From NCBI GenBank assembly GCA_964016885.1, contig OZ024741.1:131130001-131194000 (forward strand): a DNA stretch of 64,000 nucleotides. Reading direction: 5' to 3'. This stretch comes from Eledone cirrhosa (Eukaryota). Position numbers and translations under genes: made by a program. The notes beneath the pieces are model-generated. The model had not been told where the DNA came from and made no database searches. It saw only the letters and a list, made by a program, of their open reading frames with translations. This document shows positions 51,082 through 62,955 of this stretch, in pieces; the stretch's first letter is position 1, and every line of letters begins with the position of its first letter.

Positions 51082-51362
51082 ACATCTGAAGGAAAATGTC
51101 ATCATAGATGTCCTAGGGATCTGACATACGTCGTTAGAGAAAGTTGGAGGATATTTTGACAAATTTACATACCTTGCCTCGTCAGCGAAGTCTGGAGAAA
51201 AAGATATCCATTGTCAAATAGATTTGGAGAAAAAACCATCCATTATCGGCATCATCTGGAGAAAAAGACATTCATTGTCAGAAATATGTGGAGAAAACTA
51301 CATTCCTTGTCAGAGACATCTGGAGGGAAAGACATGCATAGTCAAAAACATCTTGAGGAAAT
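51082..51362. repeat. Degenerate 32-bp minisatellite (at least 5 clear units from 51192)
   Basis: Consensus ~CTGGAGAAAAAGACATTCATTGTCAGAAACAT at 32-bp spacing. Confidence 0.8.
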
Positions 51363-51630
51363 TTCACCTCTCGCGAGCGACAACCAGTTGTTCATACATA
51401 TAAGCGTACATAATACAGTAGAGATATTTGAAAAATTTGTGACTGTTCTTTCTAACAGCTCTAACTACCCAGTATATGGGGTGACAAACAGGGTGTGATT
51501 GTCTATAAATACAGAGTGTAAAGGCAGTTCTCATTTAACATTGTCTTTGGGGTCTTGGGACTTGTGAAGTATGACTTTATGGGAAACGCCGTGAAGTGAC
51601 ACCACTTTTAGCATAAGCTCAATGATATAA

Positions 51631-51781
51631 TAGGCGGTGAAATGGCAGACTCATTAGAACGTATTTGCGGTATTTGTTTCGGCTCTTTGCTCTCTGATTT
51701 CAAATCCCACCGTGGTAAACCTTGCCATCTATCCATTCCAGGTCGATAAAATAAAATACCAGTCAAGTACTGGGGCCGATT
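51631..51781 (+). mobile_element. tRNA-derived SINE (octopus-type), degenerate
   Basis: AGGCGGTGAAATGGCAGA...TTCAAATCCC...GTCGATAAAATAAAATACCAGTCAAGTACTGGGG: A/B-box-like elements and a tail matching an octopus SINE as recalled. Confidence 0.65.
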
Positions 51782-52180
51782 CTTCCTCTATATCTCTTTT
51801 TCACATTCATTCTCTCACTCTCGATCCTGCTCTGGAAGAAATCTGCTGTATTCAGATATGGGGACAGATGGGCTCCATTAGGTTAGAGGTGCCCTAGAAA
51901 AGCTGTATGTGTATGTCAATACGGTGCCCCTACGAATCCCTCGGGAGTTACAGGATCACTCATCTAATGATATAAACCAGAGTCGCATTTTAACGATATA
52001 TCCTTAGTTACCAAACTTCTAATTAAAGACTAAAATGTCATTTGATATTAAAAATTCAAATATATGTATGTGATTTATTCATACATTTAATAAAGATTCA
52101 TAAAATTAAAAAGATGATAATATTATTTACAAAACATGTCCACGGTTTTTTTTTCTCATGCATTTATATTCTTCTATTTG

Positions 52181-52300
52181 TGAAGGCGGGTAGCTTAGTG
52201 GTTAGATAATTGGATTCACAATCGTGAGGGTGTGAGTTCAATTCCCGAGCCGGGCTATGTTATGTCCTTGAGCAAAATGCTTTATTTCACTTTGCTCTTT
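52181..52300 (+). mobile_element. tRNA-derived SINE head
   Basis: A box TAGCTTAGTGG, B box GAGTTCAATTCC, followed by CCTTGAGCAA..CTTTATTTCAC. Confidence 0.7.
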
Positions 52301-52307
52301 TTGCCAG

Positions 52308-52382
52308 GAGTTGCAGTCTGGAGATAGTAGAAGCAATTGGAAAGACCAATGGAAAGATTGTTTTCTTGGTCGGGTCCACTCG
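52308..52382 (+). CDS. Candidate 75-nt exon (ELQSGDSRSNWKDQWKDCFLGRVHS in phase 0, or SCSLEIVEAIGKTNGKIVFLVGST in phase 2), gene unknown
   Basis: Acceptor CTTTGCTCTTTTTGCCAG|, consensus donor |GTAAGT, length a multiple of 3, two open frames. No transcript evidence. Confidence 0.4.
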
Positions 52383-52959
52383 GTAAGTGAATGAGGTTTC
52401 GGATCTTTTTCTCGTTGCTGAAAACAAACAAACAAACATTGTTTAATTACTTGTAGCAGTTGTAAGCATTGATTATTTACATACATGCTTTTCAACATCT
52501 CTCCCTACGAGGAATTTCTTTTGTGTGTGAATTTATTTATTTATTTAGTCAACTTAAACGTTCGCATGGAGCTGATAAACCATGAGAGGGACATCTAATA
52601 CTCCTTATGATTAAGAAACAAAAATAAGGAAGAGAGAGGGAGGAAAAAATAAAAGAAAGAGAAGGAAAACAGAAGACAAAATAAACATAAACGAGAAAAA
52701 GAATGAAAAATATGGACAACAATAAAGCAGCTACAGTTGTTAAATATTTCCGTAGCCTCCGAAACTAAAAGATCTTGAAAATTGTCAGGGGGAGTGATAG
52801 GCTCTTGACTCCAGTCACGGCAGTATATCTCAGCTGCGCCCCGTGGTGTGAATATATAATTTTAACACTGAATACCCAATTCACGTACAAGTATAGAAAG
52901 CACAAAGAGGGGCCACATATAGTAATATATCATAACTCACCAGACACGCACGCACACAC

Positions 52960-53071
<112 letters not shown>

Positions 53072-53090
53072 GTGTGTATATATATATATA

Positions 53091-55437
53091 TAGAATTCAC
53101 AAGAATCAAAGCTATGTTCAAAGCATTTATTCACTTACAATTGTTTCATCCAAACCTAGGCTTGAAGTCTTCGGAGCATTTTTCAATGTTTGTACACATA
53201 ATTGACCTCCTTTCCAACGCAAGAGATATACAGATACATATGTATATATTGATGTACAGTGGAGTGACATATATTATATTATTTCTGTATAGCAATTCAA
53301 ATTCAAAATCAAAATTAAACTTAAAACAAAATTAAAGCAAAATTAAAAACTGCTTAATCAAGGACATCATATACTCATGCACCGTCATAACTAGCAACTC
53401 TTCTGAAACCTATATAGGCTCTACTTCGAACTATTCAAAACCAGATACAATTCACACCTCCATTCGTTAAAAAAACACAGTCTAGCCAACTCCACTTCAC
53501 TATCTAGCTACATACACTATCTAAAAACTAAAAATAGATCTTAAATGGGAAGTGATAGGTAAGGCGGCATCGTACAAACCACCTAATAAATTCTGTAACC
53601 TCTGTCTACTAGAGACCCATACTATAATCTTCTCAAACCATAACCTCCTTAATAAAAAATCGGAAGTGTTTGCGTCGTCCCAGCACCGCTTCCGGCACTC
53701 CTTCCAAAACTTTAAACCCAACATATAACAATGTCAGACTTGAACCCATCACCTCTTCTAACACTACACCTCAAGGGCACACCTTACACCACAACTCCAC
53801 ACTCTCTGATCCACCCTATCTCAACACAAATCATTCCATCTATCTATAACTTTATACCCTAGAAATATCCCCATAAACACCTACTTTTAGTATAATTACT
53901 TTCAATTACTTATAATTATATAGTGATACAATACAGTCTATGTAAGCTTTAAATACCAGATTCGACAATGAATTATTTATGCAAATGTATTTGTATGTAT
54001 GGAGTTATAACATTGGATATATATAAGATTAATTTATTAACATAAGAGATCTGTATAACCTATATGTTGAGTGCAATGAATTATGTATGAATGGTAGGGT
54101 GAGTTATATATGCATGTATAACTTGATGGATAGATTAATGACATTGTAAATGAGGGATGTTTTTGTCTGCCCTAGAGATGTATTTGGCTTTGCCATGCAA
54201 ACAGCCATACGCTGCTCCAGAACTTACCAGGGGTTATGTAGAAATAGTTCTACATTTGCAAAGAACTTTGATATAAAGATATAGCTCTTTGTATGGAATA
54301 TTCAGTTGTAGCACTCTATGATAGGGAGTAATCATCCTCATATAAATACCTTTAGTACATAATGATAGAGTAGACTGTATTTAAAATTGGAAACTGAATA
54401 TAAATATATAACCGTCTATATAAGGGACTCAATTGAGACACCTTATAATGTATGTTAGAACAATAAATTTAGTTATGGAAATCAGCTAGTTACCTCCCCT
54501 TACGCATTAACTCCCCTTAATTACACACATACTTCCGGATAATAAACCGATGTAAATTGTCGCAGCAGAAACAACCTACTCTATAAAATTGGATTAAAGA
54601 ACACTGAGCTGCAATAAGCTAAAATAATTTAATTTAATGCATCAAACATCCAATACGGAATCATCGTTAATTATGTGATGGATGTATAAACTATATATTA
54701 CATTTCCTGAATGTGAAAATGGTGGTTGATACGAAAGCCATAACTTTCTTTTGCTTCTCCTTTTTATTTTTATTTTTCTGCACACATACTTCTTTATTAT
54801 ATACTTTATTATTATATACAAAAATTACCTTACCACTACAACCGCCATAATACTCTTACTTACCCGCTTAAAGTGCTTGTATTACTTGTAACACCCTGCC
54901 ACACAATAATCATATATACATGAGACACACGTGCATGCCCCACGTGTAACTAACGCATACAATAACTACTACATCTGACTAACAAACTATCCTCTTGCAT
55001 TATCTATGTTAACTGCCGAATGTATTTTAATTTTGTTTTAAGTTTAATTTTGATTTTGAATTTGAATTGCTATACAGAAATAATATAATATAATATATGT
55101 CACTCCACTGTACATCAATATATACATATGTATCTGTATGTCTCTTGCGTTGGAAAGGAGGTCAATTATGTGTACAAACATCGAAAAATGCTCCGAAGAC
55201 TTCAAGCCTAAGTTTGGATGAAACAATTGTAAGTGAATAAATGCTTTGAACATAGCTTTGATTATTGTGAATTCTATATAACTGCTCTGTAGAACAACTG
55301 ATGTTATTACGTTGAGCTATTTATCTTACTGGTAATAAGGTAGTAATAAATTACTGATCTTCGCTGTTTAGGGTTTAAATATATATAACTATAAAAGGTT
55401 TTAGTATATACATAACCATAAATAGTATCCTTAATAT

Positions 55438-55445
<8 letters not shown>
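53091..55445 (+). mobile_element. Penelope-like element (family C, Naiad-like): frameshifted GIY-YIG fragment 53346-53727, long 3' region, inverted terminal arms 53091-53336 / 55026-55276
   Basis: Hand translation: NCLIKDIIYSCTV...TYIGSTS / FKTRYNSH...STSLSSYI / LKWEVI..A..YKP..KFCNLCLLE / LLNKKSEVF...QHR; the same ORF text appears on opposite strands (52775+, 55044-). Confidence 0.82.
55190..55234 (+). ncRNA. Hammerhead ribozyme motif with U4C core variant (mirror copy 53133-53177 minus)
   Basis: GCT-CCGAAGA-C TTCAAGC CTAA GTTTGGA T-GAAA-CAATTG-TA|AGT; palindromic stem III ACAATTGT, GUA site. Confidence 0.6.
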
Positions 55446-55506
<61 letters not shown>

Positions 55507-55852
55507 GCATGAAAGAACAAAATTTCACTTTAAAATATTTTCATTTCTTTTCAAACGTGAAGCATGTTTCACCGATCAGCAGCTCTATATTTTAATTGAT
55601 GCAACAGAGCTGACTCCAGTATCGATCTGTTTAACAGATGTGTACATTTTAATAAGCATTTTAAATTATTTAATCTACAAATTTAATGAAAAGGTCTATC
55701 TATACTTTAAAGGAGCAGCCTGGTCACAAACCGAGAACAACATTAAGAGAAACATGTCTGTGGAATGCTCATCCACTTACACACTAATTTCAGGAGCATA
55801 CTTGGTCATTAATCGAATAAACTCGGACACTTGTCATCGGAATTGATGGAGG

Positions 55853-55903
<51 letters not shown>

Positions 55904-56044
55904 ATATATATATATATGTGTGTGTGTGTGTCTTTGTGTGTGTGTGTATGTGTGCGTGTGTATGTAATTATGTTTTTATGTATATATAGAAATATAAACA
56001 TCCGATTATCTATTATATTTGTCACTTCCGTTGGAACCGTAACA

Positions 56045-56118
<74 letters not shown>

Positions 56119-56579
56119 AAATATAGAGAAAAATATTGCAGGTAGCACATGGATAACATGTAATAAAATGAGCCCCTCATCAGTGATTTGCCGACGATCA
56201 TCGATATTTCATTGCATTAAAAATCATATACCTCTCGTCGGTGCAATAATAACCAAAATAAGTTATTAGGACAATTGAAACGCGTAAAGCGAGTGAGACA
56301 GGAGAACAACACAGAGTATAGCTAACCGTAGGGGAAAGAAACAAGCTTCAAAATTATTCTGTTTAGCATAAGCTAGGTGAATATATGAGCTTTTAGAAAA
56401 CAGACCTGACACGAACTCTGGCCATGTGAGAAGAGAGAAAAATAGCCTTCGTGGTGTACAGGATGAAATGAAGAGAAGAGAAACAGTGAGTGAGTGAAAG
56501 TGTGAGGAAGAGTTAACTGACATGACAGAGGGGGAGAAACAGAGAGACTGGGGGACCAGTAAGATATATATATATATAT

Positions 56580-58070
56580 AGTGAAAAATTGAACAGGAAC
56601 AAAACAGAGAGGCAGTACGAACAAAGGTTTATTAATTTCACACTCTTGAGAGTGGGGTGGTGTTGGGGAACGACGTTTCGGACATAAGCCCTTCTTCAGG
56701 TGAAAAGTGTGTGGGAAGAGAGTTCAAAGGGGAGTGGTGGAGAGACATATAGCAAAAAGGGGGTGAGAGGAAACGGTGCAAATGAAATTAAAAATAAAGG
56801 CATGATCAAAATAAAATTAAAATGGGGTAAAACAGGTGGTGGAAGGTTGTGGGGCGTGTAGGGGTGGTGGCGGGTGGAGTGGGGAGAGGGAGACGGGTGT
56901 CCGAGCGGGGAGGGCTGAAGGTGGTGTGTGTATGTAGGTGTACGTGTGTGTGTGTGTGTGTGTGTGTATGTGAAAGCAAGGGTTGGGGGAAGAACGGGGT
57001 TGCATGTTCAGGAAGAGGTAGGTTGGTGTGGGGTGGGGTGTAGGTCGGAGTGTGTGTGCGTGTGTGGATAGAGGGGTGGGGAGAGAGGATTCCGGAGGCT
57101 GAATGTGTAAATATGTGGTGGTACGCACGTGTGTGTGTGGTGTTTATGCGTGTTGTGGATGTAGGTGGCGTGTGGGAAAAAAATTTTTTTTGTGTGTGTG
57201 TCTGGGGTGAGTCTTAAAGGTAATTCCGTAAAAAGATGTGGTGGAATGCTGAGTAAAATCCTGGGATACGGTAGATTCTCGGGATCAAGGTTCACATATG
57301 TGTAATCCGTGAAGAGATTGGTCGGAAGAGGGGAGATGTGGGGTGTGCGCGCAACAGGAAGTGGTCAGAGGGTCAAGGCAGGAGGAGGGTTGCGTGTCTG
57401 TGTGTGCGGGGAGGTGGTCAGAGGCATAGCAGCAGTAGGGCAGAATGGTAAGTGAAGGTGTGTCAGTGTGTGCGGAGGTGCGGTGGACAGGGGAGAGGAT
57501 GGGTAGGTGTGAAAGTTGGAGTGGGGAGAGGGGGTGTGTGTATTAGTAGAGGTGTTAGTGGGATGTGTGAGTGTTTGAGAAAGGGTGTGGGTGGAGCGGG
57601 GAGAGAAGGGTGTGGGGGCCGATGGAGGGAATGTAGTGTACTGGTGTGTGTGTGTGGTGAAGGGGGTGTTAGTGGTTGTTAGTATACTGGAGGTGGAGAA
57701 AGGGTTGAATGCGGGTGTGAGTGGGGTCAGTGGTGGTAGGGTGTGTGGAGGGGGTGGTGTAAGAGGGTGTGTGTGTTCGTGTGCGTAGGGTTGGGGGTGT
57801 TAGTGATGTTAGTTGCGTGTGGAGTGGGTGGTGTAAGTGGGTGTGTGTGTTCGTGTGCTTGGGGTCAGGGGGTGTTAGTGATGTTAGTTGCGGGGTGGTG
57901 GGGTGAATGTGTGGGGGTGAGGGTTAGTGGTGGTAGTAGGGTGTGTGTTTAGTGTGAGCGCGTGTATATATGTACCGGTGGGTGTGTGCGTGTCATAAGG
58001 AGAGGGAGGGGAGAAGAAGGGAGGGATGTTAGTATGTTAGTTGGGGAAGGGTGGTCGGATGTGGGGTGGA
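56580..58070 (-). mobile_element. Probable Penelope-like 3' non-coding region (C/A-rich on minus strand) with terminal hammerhead, flanked by (TA)n
   Basis: G/T-rich low-complexity block between two TA tracts; hammerhead followed by AATAAA on the minus strand near the left end. Confidence 0.5.
56669..56702 (-). ncRNA. Minimal type I hammerhead ribozyme
   Basis: Minus strand AC-CTGAAGA-A-GGGC TTAT GTCC-GAAA-C-GTC|GT: canonical minimal PLE-type motif with a GUC site. Confidence 0.72.
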
Positions 58071-58084
58071 GATATATATATACA

Positions 58085-58134
<50 letters not shown>

Positions 58135-58174
58135 GTATATATAGATAGATATATATATATATCATTTCTGAATT

Positions 58175-58516
58175 TGTTTAGCAAGATTCTTTATCTGAAA
58201 ACGTGTGTTGAAACCGTTATTGTTATACTTTGGGAGGGTCATGTTGCCAATAAGAAACACACGCACAAGTTGCTTTCACTCCAATTTATTATAAATTAAA
58301 AAACTTTTTTAAATGTTTGTGTGACGAAAGAACTTTGACAATATATGAAGAACCATCCGGTTGTGGAACCAACCAACCGGAGATTTATGAATTAAAAAAA
58401 AAACAAAAAACAAAACAATTTCTTTTTTTGGGAAAATACTTTTTACTTTATAATAAACTGGAGTGAAAGTACTGGTGCGTGCGTTTCTTATTGGCAACAT
58501 AACCCTCCCAACGTAT

Positions 58517-58522
<6 letters not shown>
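58175..58522. mobile_element. Short non-autonomous element with ~76-bp inverted arms (58219-58295 / 58447-58522) sharing its terminus with Penelope-like family A
   Basis: TTTAGC..AAG..CGTGTGT.GAAAC.G.TATTGTTATA.TTTGGGAGGGTCAT is shared with 49036-49101; right arm ends TATAACAAT+(TA)n like 47617 and 50449. Confidence 0.7.
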
Positions 58523-58587
<65 letters not shown>

Positions 58588-58820
58588 GTACTAGTGTTGG
58601 TACTAAAACAACCATTTCATGCACAGCCAGCGTGTATATATTGAGAAAAACAACTATAATTTTTGTCGCATCGACAATCTGAATAGCAGGTCGATAATGG
58701 AATCGGACCCATAAGTCCTATAGGGGACCCTGAGCCAATCCTCTGCGAAACGCGTGTAATAAGTCGATACTCAATAAAAATCCAAATACATGCACACACA
58801 CATATTTATCTATATATATA

Positions 58821-58886
<66 letters not shown>

Positions 58887-59351
58887 AGAGTGTGAGAGAG
58901 AGAGAGAAAGAGATAGTAATAAATAGAGACAGGAAGAGAGAGGCAGGGGGTGATAAAGAGAGCGAAAGGCGTTAGGAAGACAACGTGTGTGTGTGTACAT
59001 GCGTGTATGAACATATGTGCATATGTAAGCAGCGGAATCGGGACATCATCAAAGATTTGCCATAAAGTGTGTCACTGAACTGTTACAGACATTCTCACAG
59101 GCTGTCAACCAGACATCCAACAAACCAACCAAACAACCTACAAAATGGTGAAGGGTGTGAGAGAGTGAGAAAGAGAGAGTGATGAGGTCAACAGAGAAGA
59201 GGAGAGAGAGAATGTGGGGAGAAACAGGGAGACAAAAGAAAGCCCTATAATCAGAGTCAAATGCAGAGCTATACATTTTTTAATGCGTTGAATGTTTACT
59301 GCAGTAGAAAACACTGCAATATATATAAGTAGAGGGTGTGTGAATATTTCT

Positions 59352-59436
<85 letters not shown>

Positions 59437-59460
59437 ATACAGATGCAGACACATACATGC

Positions 59461-59496
<36 letters not shown>

Positions 59497-59675
59497 GGAT
59501 ATGTGTTCCTTCACGCACAAGGCGCTAGGTACGCATGTATTGTCCAACCAAATGCCAGTGTGGTTCAATGGCGGGTTAATAAATTAACGAGCCAGAACAA
59601 ATATAAACAAGGTTTAGCAAATAATGAAAAAGTTTCAAAATAAATTTTAAAAAATTGACTTTACCTACTATAGTT

Positions 59676-59759
59676 ACCTTTACCGATCGGTTTCGAATCC
59701 CAAAAATAAAACGGAGACCATACGGCCTTCGTTGCAAAGAAAGATTCTCGTCAGAAGGT
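59676..59759 (-). ncRNA. Type I hammerhead ribozyme (inverted copy)
   Basis: Reverse complement of 60237-60320. Confidence 0.85.
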
Positions 59760-60236
59760 TCTTTTCATTCAAAGAATATAAAATTCTTGAATTTAAATCA
59801 CAGACTAGCGCTATCAAAACTGTTCCCGGGATGAGAGTGGATGATGTAGAAACAGGTTTATCAAGGGCCGAAGCAAAGATAGAGGCAGAAGGAGGTAGGT
59901 CAAACCAGCTCGTTAAAACTGGCTCGTTAATTTATTAACCCGCCATTGAACCACACTGGCATTTGGTTGGACAATACATGCGTACCTAGCGCCTTGTGCG
60001 TGAAGGAACACATATCCTATTACTACTACCTCCACTAATGTTGAGAACAAATTTGGTCGTTCTGACTGCTGCTAGCGATAGCCGTGGCTGGTTTGACCTA
60101 CCTCCTTCTGCCTCTATCTTTGCTTCGGCCCTTGATAAACCTGTTTCTACATCATCCACTCTCATCCCGGGAACAGTTTTGATAGCGCTAGTCTGTGATT
60201 TAAATTCAAGAATTTTATATTCTTTGAATGAAAAGA

Positions 60237-60320
60237 ACCTTCTGACGAGAATCTTTCTTTGCAACGAAGGCCGTATGGTCTCCGTTTTATTTTTGGGATT
60301 CGAAACCGATCGGTAAAGGT
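60237..60320 (+). ncRNA. Type I hammerhead ribozyme with extended stem II
   Basis: ACCTT-CTGACGA-GAATCTT...GGGATTC-GAAA-CCGATCGG-TA|AAGGT: 5-bp stem I, 7-bp stem II plus inner hairpin AACG-AGGCC/GGTCT-CGTT, palindromic stem III, GUA site after 60315. Confidence 0.85.
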
Positions 60321-60718
60321 AACTATAGTAGGTAAAGTCAATTTTTTAAAATTTATTTTGAAACTTTTTCATTATTTGCTAAACCTTGTTTATATTTGTT
60401 CTGGCTCGTTAATTTATTAACCCGCCATTGAACCACACTGGCATTTGGTTGGACAATACATGCGTACCTAGCGCCTTGTGCGTGAAGGAACACATATCCT
60501 ATTACTACTACCTCCACTAATGTTGAGAACAAATTTGGTCGTTCTGACTGCTGCTAGCGATAGCCGTGGCTGGTTTGACCTACCTCCTTCTGCCTCTATC
60601 TTTGCTTCGGCCCTTGATAAACCTGTTTCTACATCATCCACTCTCATTCCGGGAACAGTTTTGATAGCGCTAGTTTGTGATTTAAATTCAAGAATTTTAT
60701 ATTCTTTGAATGAAAAGA

Positions 60719-60802
60719 ACCTTCTGACGAGAATCTTTCTTTGCAACGAAGGCCGTATGGTCTCCGTTTTATTTTTGGGATTCGAAACCGATCGGTAAAG
60801 GT
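60719..60802 (+). ncRNA. Type I hammerhead ribozyme (second monomer)
   Basis: Same sequence as 60237-60320, offset 482; predicted site after 60797. Confidence 0.85.
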
Positions 60803-60897
60803 AACTATAGTAGGTAAAGTCAATTTTTTTTAATTTATTTTGAAACTTTTTCATTATTTGCTAAACCTTGTTTATATATATATATATATATATATAT

Positions 60898-62047
60898 ACA
60901 CCCTACCACTCCGGCGATATATCCTCCGTTCCTTCCGTATCCTCTCTTCTGATCCCGTCACTACTGGATTTTTTCCAAACCCACCCATTACTGCTTTTAA
61001 GCGCGCCCGAAACCTTCGCGACCTCTTGGTTCGCAGTTCTTATTCGTCCTCTCCCACGACTCCACTCGGCTCTCATCCTTGTTCCCGTTCCCGCTGCAAC
61101 ACTTGTCCCTTTATTTCCACTCTCACCACTCTTACAAGTCCTAACGGGTCTTTCCGTTCCGCCATTCCTTCACCTGCACATCCACCCACGTTGTCTATGC
61201 CCTCCGGTGTTCACTTTGCGGGTCTTTATACATCGGACAACGGGACGCCGTTTGGCGGACCGCTTTGCTGAACATTTGAGGGACATACCACTCGGTTTGG
61301 ATACTCCTGTCGCCCGACATATCTGTTCTCCTGGTCATTCTTCCCTACATGTTTCAGTCCCGGGTGTCCTTTAACATCATGGATCACAGGCCTCGCGCAC
61401 CAAGACTGAACAAAGTCTGATTCACCGTCTTCGGTTCTATTCCCCTCTTGGACTCAACTCACCTCCTCAAATTCTCTAATACCCCGTCCATTATCACGCC
61501 CCTAGATTCCTATCGCTTTCTCTTGATCATTAGCAGCTTCTCTTGCTACTAATACATGCCGATACACACCCTTATATTAATATACTTTTGCTCATAGCTT
61601 CGTACTTACATGTACACACACTCTTTTATTCACACACATTTCTTCTTAGCTTCGTACGGACCTATAATAACACACACACTCACACACACACAAACATGCT
61701 TACGCATGTGCTCAAGTATAGCTCTTTTTACAAAACATTTTTTTTTCATTTCAGGTAGACGCGCTCCATCATCCACTTTTCTAAAAAAACAAATCATGCA
61801 CAAAACGCCTGCACCAACAGTTTTGCAAAAGATGTCAACATGAATGGACCTGTTATTTTTATCTAAAGATATTTTTTCCAATTCTATCCCGCCCGTCCCC
61901 TCAATCTATTTTATTTCTCATGCTTTCTTCTGATGAAGGAATAGCGTCCGAAACGTTAAGACCCTTTGCCTGCTATATCAAGCGTTAACCTAATATATAC
62001 CTTCCATATACTGTACCGATTGTGTTGTTATTTCTGTTTACCTTTTA
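60898..62047 (+). mobile_element. 5'-truncated Penelope-like element (family D, Neptune-like): frameshifted GIY-YIG region to ~61479 plus pLTR
   Basis: PPITAFKRARNLRDLLVRS...PCSRSRCNTC / SFTCTSTHVVYALRCSLCGSLYIGQ / TGRRLADRFAEH...PVARH...EQSLIHRL...PLGLN. Confidence 0.9.
61926..61961 (+). ncRNA. Minimal type I hammerhead ribozyme, family D pLTR
   Basis: TCTT-CTGATGA-A-GGA ATAGCG TCC-GAAA-C-GTT|AAGA; palindrome AACGTT; stem I TCTT/AAGA. Confidence 0.78.
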
Positions 62048-62064
62048 CATATATATATATATAT

Positions 62065-62906
62065 GAAAACAGGGAGAAAGAGACGATTATTAGGAAGAAA
62101 AAAATATTTGTTTCCCTTTTTATTTCTCTCTCTCTCTTTTCTGGGTTAGAAAATGATTAAAACGAAATATTTTACTTTGTGTTAAGTGTTACGGTATTAG
62201 TTGATTTATTTATTAATTAACAATGGTATTTATTTATCTACACCCTACCTAGTCCTTTTTCGTAAATAAATTAAATATTATCCAGCATGAATTGCCTCCC
62301 TCTACATATTAACTCTGTAAAAAGGGAGTTCATATCAAACCTAAGTCCACTATTTGCCTCCATCATGGATCGACCAATGCACCCTTGCTATATTAACACA
62401 TTTTGATCTGCTTAACTTCAAGAACTATGCCTGTAAATAACATTATTTTTTCTTTCACATTGACTTTTTATGCTCCACATTACGCCCCTTTTTTTCTTTT
62501 TTCTTTTTTCTTTTTTCTTTTTTCTTTTTTCTTTTTTCTTTTTTCTTTTTTCTTTTTTCTTTTTTCTTTTTTCTTTTCACTTCATAAACCTTGTTTGTAA
62601 ATAACATTATTCTTTCTGCACCATTTCTTTAACATGTAAACACCACCATTCTACACCAATACATATCACTATCATTTGATAATGCATAAAAATGCTGAAA
62701 CCGGTAATAGACAATTATTAAATATATAAATAGATAAATAAATACCTTTGTTAATTAATAAATAAATCAACTAATACCTTAACACTTCACACAAAGTAAA
62801 ATATTTCGTTTTAATCATTTTCTAACCCAGAAAAGAGAGAGAGAGAAATAAAAAGGGAAAAAAAATATTTTTCTTCCTAATAATCGTCTCTTTCTCCCTG
62901 GTTTCA
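62065..62906 (+). mobile_element. Family B pLTR fragment with inverted 3' arm (62065-62240 / ~62731-62906) and a degenerate hammerhead near 62673-62710
   Basis: Arms are reverse complements; body homologous to 48578-48972; TTGATAA-TGCAT AAAA ATGC-T-GAAA-CCGG-TA. Confidence 0.75.
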
Positions 62907-62955
62907 TATATATATATATCCTAACTCGTGTGCTTTCTCTCCACATTTTTTTTAT

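Larger units (their letters stand above)
59492..60875. mobile_element. Retrozyme-like element: two tandem 482-bp monomers (59919-60400, 60401-60875) preceded by an inverted, permuted copy (59492-59909); (TA)n-flanked
   Basis: Period 482 (ORF track repeats at 59996/60478); 59492-59909 is the reverse complement of 60087-60504; one hammerhead per copy; no recognisable RT/EN coding. Confidence 0.8.

Noticed and set aside
52181-52256. tRNA gene
   Set aside because: A and B boxes are present but there is no convincing acceptor stem, and it continues into SINE body sequence.
59732-60854. Repeated 68-128 aa ORFs in the 482-bp monomers as a protein-coding gene
   Set aside because: Overlapping ORFs on both strands, mostly non-ATG starts, no recognisable motif; repetition only reflects the duplication.
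62065-62906. MITE / DNA transposon with TIRs (also 53091-55276)
   Set aside because: Arms are copies of Penelope-like 3' ends linked to GIY-YIG fragments and hammerhead motifs, and homologous sequence occurs without the inverted arm at 48578-48972.
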